DNA of 64,000 nt from Candidatus Izimoplasma sp. HR2. GTDB taxonomy: Bacteria > Bacillota_I > Bacilli_A > Izemoplasmatales > Izemoplasmataceae. The first letter of the stretch is position 1. Each line of letters opens with the position of its first letter. The notes beneath the pieces are model-generated. The model saw only the letters and a program-made list of their open reading frames with translations. It did not search any database and was not told the DNA's origin. Of the stretch, positions 48,354 to 56,205 are shown piece by piece. Location: NCBI GenBank assembly GCA_000753575.1, contig JRFF01000026.1, positions 64,238 to 128,237 on the forward strand. Reading direction: 5' to 3'. The position numbers were made by a program, and so were the translations under genes.

Positions 48354-49667
48354 ATGATGGAAAATTATATAAAGAGAATTAAAGATGCCGGAATTGTAGG
48401 TGCTGGTGGGGCAGGATTCCCTACACATGTTAAATTAAATGCTAAAGCAGAATTAGTAATAATTAATGGAGCTGAATGTGAACCATTACTCCGAGTAGAT
48501 CAACAATTAATGGAGTTTTCAAGTCAAGATGTTGTTGATGGGTTAAAAATTGCTATAGCTCAAACAGGAGCTAAAGAAGGTGTTATTTGTTTAAAAGCTA
48601 AATACGCAAACGCAATAGTTAATCTTGAAGATATTGTTAAAGATATACCTAATATGAGATTACAAATAATAAAAGATTACTACCCAGCAGGAGATGAAGT
48701 ACAACTTGTTTATGAAGTAACAAAAAAAGTTGTTCCTCTTATGGGGATTCCACTTGATGTTGGAGTTGTAGTAATTAATGTATTAACAACAATAAATATA
48801 GCAAGAAACGTTCCAGTTACAGAAAGAGTAATTACTGTTACAGGAGAAGTAGATAATCCAACTACATTTATTGCACCAGTTGGTACACCGTATAGTGAAC
48901 TAATTAATGCATGTGGTGGACCAAAAGATATTGAAAACTATAGTATCATAGTTGGTGGTCCAATGATGGGTGATGTTGAAGACGATTGGGATGCACCAGT
49001 TACAAAGTTAACTGGAGGAATTATTATCCTACCTAAATTACATAGTTTAGTAATTAAGAAAACAAGACCAACTGAAACAGATCTTAACTTAACAAAAGCA
49101 ATTTGTTGTCAATGTAGTATGTGTACTGATATGTGCCCTAAAAATATTTTAGGATTAAATACTGAACCACATAAAGTAATGAGAGGACTTGCTAATGAAG
49201 ATCCAGGAGCTTTAGGAACTATCTCTTCAGTAGTATCTTGTAATAACTGTAACTTATGTAGTTTATATGCTTGTCCAATGGATTTAGATCCAGGAAAGAT
49301 AACTACAATGGTTAAATCAAGTTTACTTAGCAAAGGAGCTAAAACAGAAAAAGTTGTTCCTTACGAAACTGATGATTTAAGAGAAAGTAAAAAAGTACCA
49401 ACTAAAAGATTGATAGCAAGACTTGAATTACCTGATTATGATTTACCTGCACCACTAGATAATAATATTTTCAAAACTAATCAAGTTAAAATATTATTAA
49501 AACAACACATTGGAGTTGTAGCAACTTCACTAGTAAGTATTGGTGACAGAGTAAGTAAAGGAACATTAATTGCATCATGTAATGATAAACTTGGAGCAAA
49601 TATTCACGCAAGTATTAATGGAAGTGTAATAAAAATAACTAATGAATATATAGAAGTTAAGGCTTAG
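48354..49667 (+). CDS. PduS/RnfC-like Fe-S flavoprotein (two 4Fe-4S motifs)
   Basis: GAGGAGFPTHVK nucleotide/FMN motif, SLBB-like region, CCQCSMCTDMCP and CNNCNLCSLYACP. Confidence 0.8.
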   Translation: MMENYIKRIKDAGIVGAGGAGFPTHVKLNAKAELVIINGAECEPLLRVDQQLMEFSSQDVVDGLKIAIAQTGAKEGVICLKAKYANAIVNLEDIVKDIPNMRLQIIKDYYPAGDEVQLVYEVTKKVVPLMGIPLDVGVVVINVLTTINIARNVPVTERVITVTGEVDNPTTFIAPVGTPYSELINACGGPKDIENYSIIVGGPMMGDVEDDWDAPVTKLTGGIIILPKLHSLVIKKTRPTETDLNLTKAICCQCSMCTDMCPKNILGLNTEPHKVMRGLANEDPGALGTISSVVSCNNCNLCSLYACPMDLDPGKITTMVKSSLLSKGAKTEKVVPYETDDLRESKKVPTKRLIARLELPDYDLPAPLDNNIFKTNQVKILLKQHIGVVATSLVSIGDRVSKGTLIASCNDKLGANIHASINGSVIKITNEYIEVKA

Positions 49668-49678
49668 GAGGTGTGTAT

Positions 49679-50224
49679 ATGGAAGCATTAGGAATGATTG
49701 AACTTAATAGTATAGCTAGAGGAATTGAAGCAGGAGATGCAATAATTAAAACTGCTAATGTAAAATTAGTAGGAGCATATGCATCATGTCCTGGGAAATA
49801 TGTAGTAATGGTAAGAGGCCAAGTATCAGCTGTAAAAAGCGCAATAGAAGTAGGAGCAAAAACATCAGGTAAATCGTTAATTAACGATATCCTGATTGCA
49901 AATATTCATCCGCAAGTATTCAGTGCACTTAGTCAAACAACAGACTTTGAACCTAGAGGATCTGCAGGAATTATTGAAACTTATAGTTTAGCAACTGCAG
50001 TCTTAGTATCAGATGCAGCTGTAAAAGCTGCAGATGTAGATCTTATTGAAATAAGATTAGGAAGAGGTCTAGGAGGAAAAGCATTTATAGTGTTAACTGG
50101 AGATGTTAGTAGTGTTAAAGCAGCTGTAGAAGCTGCAGTAGTAGCAAATAAGGAAGACGGAATGATTGCTCACACAGCAGTAATTCCAAGAATTAGTAAA
50201 GAAATATTAAATACACTTTTATAA
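49679..50224 (+). CDS. BMC-T shell protein (tandem BMC domains, PduT-like)
   Basis: Two Pfam00936-like repeats in about 181 aa. A Cys (ASCPGKY) sits at the position of the PduT Fe-S ligand. Confidence 0.85.
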   Translation: MEALGMIELNSIARGIEAGDAIIKTANVKLVGAYASCPGKYVVMVRGQVSAVKSAIEVGAKTSGKSLINDILIANIHPQVFSALSQTTDFEPRGSAGIIETYSLATAVLVSDAAVKAADVDLIEIRLGRGLGGKAFIVLTGDVSSVKAAVEAAVVANKEDGMIAHTAVIPRISKEILNTLL

Positions 50225-50253
50225 AAAAAATAGAAAGAAAGGAGAACTGAAAA

Positions 50254-50520
50254 ATGAAAGAAGCATTAGGATTAATAGAAACAAGAGGATTTGTAGGAGC
50301 TATCGAAGCTGCTGACGCAATGGTTAAAGCTGCTAATGTAAGATTAGTAGGAAAAGAGAAAACTGGTAGCGGACTTGTTACAGTAATGGTACGTGGAGAT
50401 GTAGGAGCTGTTAAAGCTGCTGTTGAAGCGGGAAGTGAAGCAGCACGCCGTGTTGGTGAGTTAGTTTCAGTTCATGTAATACCAAGACCACACGCAGATG
50501 TTGAAGAATTATTAAAGTAA
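50254..50520 (+). CDS. BMC-H shell protein (PduA/EutM-like)
   Basis: [29 protein letters not shown]... canonical hexamer sequence. Confidence 0.95.
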   Translation: MKEALGLIETRGFVGAIEAADAMVKAANVRLVGKEKTGSGLVTVMVRGDVGAVKAAVEAGSEAARRVGELVSVHVIPRPHADVEELLK

Positions 50521-50560
50521 TTTAGACTTTCAAAAAATAAGTAAAATGGAGGAAACGAAG

Positions 50561-50875
50561 ATGAAAGAAGCATTAGGATTAATAGAAACAAGAGGATTTG
50601 TAGGAGCTATCGAAGCTGCTGATGCAATGGTTAAAGCTGCAAATGTTAAAATTGTTGGTAAAGAAAAAACTGGTTCAGGACTTGTTACTATCATGGTACG
50701 TGGAGATGTAGGAGCTGTTAAAGCTGCAGTTGAAGCAGGAAGTGAAGCAGTAAGACGTGTTGGAGAATTAGTATCTGTTCATGTAATTCCAAGACCTCAC
50801 GCAGATGTTGAATTAATGTTAGAAAAACCTAAAGCTAAAGCAAAAGCTAAAGCTGCACCAAAAGCGACAAAATAA
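50561..50875 (+). CDS. BMC-H shell protein with Lys/Ala-rich C-terminal tail
   Basis: Same core as its neighbours, plus the [17 protein letters not shown] tail. GGAGG RBS before 50561. Confidence 0.93.
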   Translation: MKEALGLIETRGFVGAIEAADAMVKAANVKIVGKEKTGSGLVTIMVRGDVGAVKAAVEAGSEAVRRVGELVSVHVIPRPHADVELMLEKPKAKAKAKAAPKATK

Positions 50876-50914
50876 TTATCAATATAAAAAACTAAAAAAA
50901 CGGAGGAAACAAAG

Positions 50915-51181
50915 ATGAAAGAAGCATTAGGATTAGTAGAAACAAGAGGATTTATAGGAGCTATAGAAGCAGCTGATGCAATGGTTAAAGCTGCAAATGT
51001 AAGATTAGTAGGAAAAGAAAAAACTGGTAGTGGACTGGTTACTGTAATGGTACGTGGAGATGTAGGAGCTGTTAAAGCAGCAATCGAAGCAGGATCTGAA
51101 GCAGCAAGACGTGTTGGAGAATTAGTGTCAGTACACATTATTCCTAGACCTCATGCAGATGTTGAAGAATTACTTAAATAG
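50915..51181 (+). CDS. BMC-H shell protein (PduA/EutM-like)
   Basis: Near-identical paralog of 50254-50520. Confidence 0.95.
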   Translation: MKEALGLVETRGFIGAIEAADAMVKAANVRLVGKEKTGSGLVTVMVRGDVGAVKAAIEAGSEAARRVGELVSVHIIPRPHADVEELLK

Positions 51182-51215
51182 TAATAAAAATTAAAAGTGA
51201 AAAGAGTTGAAAAAT

Positions 51216-51983
51216 ATGGAATTAGATAAATTAATAGACAGAATTGCTGAGGAAGTATATCGTAAGATAGCAAGTGAGAATAACGGAGCAAACAAAATTG
51301 ATGCAACTAATAATAATGATATCGCATCAATTATCGATCACACGTTATTAAAGCCAGAAGCAACTGAAGCAGATATCAAAAAAGTATGTGCAGAAGCGAT
51401 TGAATATAACTTTAAGTCAGTATGTATTAATACACACTATGTGACTTTAGTTTCTCGTCTTTTAGCTGGTACTAAAGTTGATACTTGTTGTGTTGTAGGG
51501 TTCCCTTTAGGGGCATCTTCTACAAGAGCTAAAATTGATGAAACATATGATGCACTTAAAAATGGTGCAAATGAAATAGATATGGTTATCAATATTGGTG
51601 CACTTAAATCAGGTGACTGGAATACTGTTAAAAGAGATATTGAAGGTGTAACAAATGCAGCTAAAGGTAGAGCATTAGTTAAAGTTATTTTAGAAACTTC
51701 TTTATTAAATGATGAAGAAAAAATTAAAGCTTGTACTATTGCGAAAATGGCAAAAGCTGATTTTGTTAAAACATCAACTGGATTTAATACAGGTGGAGCA
51801 ACAATAGAAGATATTAGACTTATGCGTAAAGTTGTAGGACCTAATATGGGAGTTAAAGCTTCAGGTGGAGTTAGAGATACACAAAAAGCTAGAGCAATGA
51901 TGGCTGCAGGTGCAAGTAGAATAGGAACAAGTTCAGGAATCGCTATTGTTAAAGGTACAAAACCTTCAACAGGTACTTATTAG
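51216..51983 (+). CDS. deoC: Deoxyribose-phosphate aldolase with about 40-aa N-terminal extension (alternative TTG start at 51207)
   Basis: IDHTLLKP, the catalytic-Lys region FVKTSTGF and GVKASGGVR. The extension is [21 protein letters not shown] plus an Asn-rich linker. Confidence 0.9.
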   Translation: MELDKLIDRIAEEVYRKIASENNGANKIDATNNNDIASIIDHTLLKPEATEADIKKVCAEAIEYNFKSVCINTHYVTLVSRLLAGTKVDTCCVVGFPLGASSTRAKIDETYDALKNGANEIDMVINIGALKSGDWNTVKRDIEGVTNAAKGRALVKVILETSLLNDEEKIKACTIAKMAKADFVKTSTGFNTGGATIEDIRLMRKVVGPNMGVKASGGVRDTQKARAMMAAGASRIGTSSGIAIVKGTKPSTGTY

Positions 51984-52004
51984 TACCAGGAAAGAGGAGA
52001 TTAT

Positions 52005-52310
52005 ATGTATGCTGCTAGAATAATCGGAACTGTTGTGGCAACACAAAAAGATCCGAGAATGAATAGTTTAAAGATGCAAGTTGTACAACCTGTAAACTTA
52101 GTTACTTTTGAAAATGAAGGTAAACCAGCTGTTGCAATTGACGCTGTTGGTGCTGGAAATTCAGAAATAGTTTTAGTTGTTGCAGGAAGTTCTGCTAGAT
52201 TAACAGAACTTACTCAAAACAAACCTGTTGATGCTACAATTATGGCAATTGTTGATTATATCGATATTGAAGGTAAAAACGTCTTTAGTAAAAACAAGAA
52301 GGAGACGTAA
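52005..52310 (+). CDS. BMC-P vertex protein (EutN/CcmL family)
   Basis: MYAARIIGTVVATQK...VDA.GAG..E.VLV pattern. Confidence 0.9.
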   Translation: MYAARIIGTVVATQKDPRMNSLKMQVVQPVNLVTFENEGKPAVAIDAVGAGNSEIVLVVAGSSARLTELTQNKPVDATIMAIVDYIDIEGKNVFSKNKKET

Positions 52311-52312
52311 AT

Positions 52313-52771
52313 ATGAAAATAGCAGTTGGTTGTGATCATGGTGGATTTGAGTTAAAAGAAGTAATTAAAGAATATTTAAGTGAAGAATTACATATTCAAT
52401 ATGAGGATTTTGGAACTTATAATAAAGTTAGATGTGATTATCCAGATTATGCCTTTTTAGTTTCACATGCAGTTTCGACAAAAAAATGCGACTTAGGTAT
52501 AATGATTGATGGTGCAGGAATAGGATCTGCGATGATGGCTAATAAAGTACCTGGTGTACTTGCCGCATGTGCTAACGAAATATATACTGCAGAAAATAGT
52601 CGTCATCATAACGGAGCAAATGTTTTAACACTGGGTAGTATGGTAATTGGACCAGGTGTAGCTAAAGAAATAGTTAAAACTTTCTTAACTACTAAATTTG
52701 AAGGTGAAAGAAACATGCAAAGAATTAATAGTGTTTTAGAAATTGAAAAAAGATTAAATAATAGGGGGTGA
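52313..52771 (+). CDS. rpiB: RpiB/LacA/LacB-family sugar-phosphate isomerase
   Basis: MKIAVGCDHGG...G.GIGSAMMANK...HHN.NVL.LG motifs. Confidence 0.9.
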   Translation: MKIAVGCDHGGFELKEVIKEYLSEELHIQYEDFGTYNKVRCDYPDYAFLVSHAVSTKKCDLGIMIDGAGIGSAMMANKVPGVLAACANEIYTAENSRHHNGANVLTLGSMVIGPGVAKEIVKTFLTTKFEGERNMQRINSVLEIEKRLNNRG

Positions 52772-52775
52772 TTCC

Positions 52776-53042
52776 ATGCAAATGGCTAAAGTTATTGGTA
52801 TGGTTACATCAACAGTAAAAGTAAAAGATATAAAGGGTGTTACACTTCTAGTGATTCAACCCGTTAATTCAAAACATGAATCACTAGGTACACCTATCGT
52901 TGCAGCAGATGTTTTTGGTGCAGGCGTAGGTGAATATGTATTTTATGCAAAAAGTAAAGAAGGGGCGATGAACCTCCCTATTCCAACGTCATGTGTTGAC
53001 GCAGGAATAGTTGGAATAATTGATAGTGTTCATACGCTTTAG
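52776..53042 (+). CDS. BMC-P vertex protein (EutN/CcmL family)
   Basis: MAKVIGMVTSTVK...AADVFGAGVGE pattern. Confidence 0.88.
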   Translation: MQMAKVIGMVTSTVKVKDIKGVTLLVIQPVNSKHESLGTPIVAADVFGAGVGEYVFYAKSKEGAMNLPIPTSCVDAGIVGIIDSVHTL

Positions 53043-53068
53043 AATAACCAAAGAACGAGGTGAGAATA

Positions 53069-53365
53069 ATGCAACTTGCAAAAGTAGTAGGAAATTTAGT
53101 ATCAACACACAAAAATGAAAAACTAAGAGGAAAAAAACTCTTATTTGTTCAGCCACTAGATGAAGAATTAGTTCCTTTTGGGAATGAATTGCTTGCAGTT
53201 GATGGAGTTGGGGCAGGAATAGGTGATACAGTAGTAATTTTAAATGAAGGCGGATCAGCTAGAATGATTACTAATGCTACTAGCCCTTATTCTCCAATTG
53301 AGTTATGTATAGCTGGAATTGTTGATTCAGTTCAAACAGAAAATGACTACAAAATAATTAAATAG
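53069..53365 (+). CDS. BMC-P vertex protein (EutN/CcmL family)
   Basis: MQLAKVVGNLVSTHK...AVDGVGAGIGD pattern. GAGGTG RBS before 53069. Confidence 0.88.
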   Translation: MQLAKVVGNLVSTHKNEKLRGKKLLFVQPLDEELVPFGNELLAVDGVGAGIGDTVVILNEGGSARMITNATSPYSPIELCIAGIVDSVQTENDYKIIK

Positions 53366-53380
53366 TAAAGAGATGATGAT

Positions 53381-54382
53381 ATGAAACTTTTGGAAAAGAT
53401 AATTAGTCAAGCAAAACAAAATATTCAAACTATAGTACTACCTGAAGGTAAGGATCAAAGAATTATCGATGCTGCTAGAGAACTTAAAAGTCAAAACGTC
53501 GCAAATGTTATAGTTTTAATTAATATGGCTGATGTAAATGAAGAGACTAATAAGTTACAAAGTGAAGGTATAGAAGTTATTGTAGTTGAAAATTCAGATA
53601 AATTGAATGCTTATAGTTCGATGTTAGTTGATTTACGTAAAGCTAAAGGAATGACAAAAGAAGAAGCAGATAAACTTATTTTAAACACTGTATATTATGG
53701 TGTAATGATGGTTAAAAATAACGATGCTGATGGAATGGTTGCAGGAGCAATTACTTCAACAGGAGACGTTCTTAGACCTGCACTTCAAATACTTAGAACG
53801 GCAAAAAATGTTAAAATTGTGTCGTCGTTTTTCCTTATGGATGTACCAAATTCAATTAGTGTTAAAAATAATGTATTTGCATTTTCTGATTGTGGACTAG
53901 TTGTTAATCCAAACGCAGAGGAATTATCTGAAATTGCTATTCAAACAGCAAGATCATTTGATTATTTAACTCAGAGTGAACCACGTATTGCAATGCTTTC
54001 TTATTCAACATTTGGAAGTGCAAGTGGTGAGGTAGTTAGTAAGGTAGTAAAAGCAACAAAAAATGTACAAGCACGATATCCTAATTTAAAAATAGATGGT
54101 GAATTACAACTTGATGCTGCAATAGTCCCTTCTGTTGCTAAACAAAAGGCACCTAATAGTAATGTAGCTGGAAATGCTAATGTATTAATATTCCCTGATT
54201 TACAATCAGGTAATATTGGTTATAAATTGGTTGAAAGATTAGCAAATGCTGCTGCTTATGGTCCAATAACACAAGGGCTTAGTAGACCTGTAAACGATCT
54301 ATCAAGAGGTTGTTCTTATGAAGACATTATTGCTGTAGTAGCAATAACTGCTTTACAATCGCAATCATACAAAAATTTGTAA
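53381..54382 (+). CDS. pta: Phosphate acetyltransferase (Pta/EutD type)
   Basis: 333 aa. IVLPEG.D.R, ADGMVAG, SDCG, FPDLQSGNIGYK motifs. Confidence 0.92.
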   Translation: MKLLEKIISQAKQNIQTIVLPEGKDQRIIDAARELKSQNVANVIVLINMADVNEETNKLQSEGIEVIVVENSDKLNAYSSMLVDLRKAKGMTKEEADKLILNTVYYGVMMVKNNDADGMVAGAITSTGDVLRPALQILRTAKNVKIVSSFFLMDVPNSISVKNNVFAFSDCGLVVNPNAEELSEIAIQTARSFDYLTQSEPRIAMLSYSTFGSASGEVVSKVVKATKNVQARYPNLKIDGELQLDAAIVPSVAKQKAPNSNVAGNANVLIFPDLQSGNIGYKLVERLANAAAYGPITQGLSRPVNDLSRGCSYEDIIAVVAITALQSQSYKNL

Positions 54383-54405
54383 TTATCATATAATAATAGA
54401 TGATG

Positions 54406-54512
54406 ATTCAACAAGAAAATTAATAGTAATTATTGTAAAATAATTATTAGTTTTCTTGTTGAATTACTTTAATATGAACATAATAAAATAGGTGAATTTT
54501 CACCTTTTTTTA
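54406..54512 (+). terminator. Tandem terminators closing the BMC operon
   Basis: Long hairpin ATTCAACAAGAAAA...TTTTCTTGTTGAAT (54406-54465), then GGTGAATTTTCACC followed by T7 (54491-54512). Confidence 0.65.
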
Positions 54513-54622
54513 ATATATTTAATTTCTATTATAAACTAAATAAAAAAACTTGAATTTAGCTTTGACTTAGATATGAATATTATATATAATTATTTTATAG
54601 TTTTAATACAAAGGAGATCAAT

Positions 54623-55243
54623 ATGAGAATAGGTATAATTGGACCGATAGGTTCTGGAAAATCAACATTATCAAAATTATTAGCAGAACATTACGAAGTT
54701 CCTATGGTAGCAGAACCGGTTGAAAAAAATGAGTTTTTACCTTTGTTTTATGAAGACAAAAAAACTTTTGCATTATTAAGTCAAAACGCTTTTTATTCAT
54801 CGTTATTTTTATTAATGTGGAATTCAAGAACATATAAGTCTTGTGTATTTGATTCAACATTATTTTCAAATCTTGTTTTTACGGAATTACTTCGCTTAGA
54901 TGGAACAATGTCAGCTTACGAAGTTGCGTTAACTTATGCAATCGCAGATGAACATTTAAAAAGATTACCTGATGTAGATATTCATGTTGTTTTAAGACAA
55001 AGTGAAGATCAACTATTTAAGAATGTTAAAAAACGTGGTAGAGACATGGAAAAAGATCAATACGATTATTTAAAATTCCATTATAAAAATTACTATGAAG
55101 TACTAGATCGTATTTTTAAAAACTATCAAGTTCCTGAAGAAAAAATTCTTTATCTTGATTTAGGAGATATTTTTGATAAAAAAGAATTTACTAGAATTTG
55201 TGGTGTTATTGAGAATCACTATGACAAGTTATATAGTAAATAA
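54623..55243 (+). CDS. Deoxynucleoside kinase family protein
   Basis: IGIIGPIGSGKSTL P-loop, EPV..N..L..FY motif, about 206 aa as in dAK/dGK-type kinases. Confidence 0.75.
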   Translation: MRIGIIGPIGSGKSTLSKLLAEHYEVPMVAEPVEKNEFLPLFYEDKKTFALLSQNAFYSSLFLLMWNSRTYKSCVFDSTLFSNLVFTELLRLDGTMSAYEVALTYAIADEHLKRLPDVDIHVVLRQSEDQLFKNVKKRGRDMEKDQYDYLKFHYKNYYEVLDRIFKNYQVPEEKILYLDLGDIFDKKEFTRICGVIENHYDKLYSK

Positions 55244-55376
55244 AACAATCTAATGTAATAAAGTTTATTCTAATTGAATAAACTTTTTATTTACAGTTTT
55301 GTGTTATAATTATAAAAGAATGATTAGTTTAACTTCGGAGAGGAATGTATAGTAATTAACTGTACTAGGGAATAAT

Positions 55377-56057
55377 ATGAGAAAAAAGAAAATCATAAGA
55401 CTTAAAGTATTATACGGAGTATTCCTATTTATATTATTTTTAGAGTTGTTAGGTTCATTGGGAGCTTTAATATTTGGAGATACAAGTGCGATTAGGGATG
55501 CAGGGTTATCAAACTTATTCTTGGTTGTTTTAACAACAGCTGCAATTTTATCACCATGGATTGTAGAATCACGTTATAAAATAGATATACCAGATTTCTT
55601 AGAAGTATTACTATTATTTATGGTGTTTATCGCTGTAGTGCTAGGATTTATGAACGATTATTATGAAAACGTAAAAGGATTTGATAAGTTTACTCATGCA
55701 TTAAGTGGAGTAACAATTTCAATTGTTGCCTTTCAAACTTTATATATTTTAAATCAATCAAAAGATATTGCATTTAAAATGGGAGCATTTGTAATGAGTG
55801 TATTTGCCTATACATTTGCAATCACATTACTAGTTGTTTGGGAGTTTTATGAGTTCTTTGCTGATACTATTTCATATAATATAGATGCGAGCTCAGCTAG
55901 AAATATGCAAAGATGGCAATGGATTAATGAATCACTTATCTTCCCTCAAGATTATGGGTTATATGATACTATGACTGATTTATGGGTGGGAACTGTAGGA
56001 GCATTTGTAGTTGTGGTTGTAGGATATTTATTAATAAAAAATAAACAGTCGGTATAA
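55377..56057 (+). CDS. Integral membrane protein (possibly DUF2238/YjdF-like)
   Basis: About 6 TM segments. FDKFTHALSG motif. The family call is tentative. Confidence 0.4.
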   Translation: MRKKKIIRLKVLYGVFLFILFLELLGSLGALIFGDTSAIRDAGLSNLFLVVLTTAAILSPWIVESRYKIDIPDFLEVLLLFMVFIAVVLGFMNDYYENVKGFDKFTHALSGVTISIVAFQTLYILNQSKDIAFKMGAFVMSVFAYTFAITLLVVWEFYEFFADTISYNIDASSARNMQRWQWINESLIFPQDYGLYDTMTDLWVGTVGAFVVVVVGYLLIKNKQSV

Positions 56058-56205
56058 ATCGACTGTTTTTATATGGATTTTTATAAATAATAAAGAGTAT
56101 AATGATAAATTTTTTTAAATAGCGAGTTGGATGTGAGAGCCGTGTGAAGAATTGAGACAAGACTATCTCTTATATGGTATAAATATAAATAAAGGAGTGG
56201 TTCAT

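Noticed and set aside
50797-51138. 113-aa minus-strand ORF (Ala/Ser/Thr/Pro-rich) across the BMC-H genes
   Set aside because: It is antisense to two well-supported shell genes. The low-complexity translation is typical of the reverse frame of Ala/Gly/Val-rich coding sequence.
53381-54382. Pta-type instead of PduL-type phosphotransacylase as an anomaly of the BMC
   Set aside because: EutD of ethanolamine BMC loci is also Pta-type, so this alone is not unusual.
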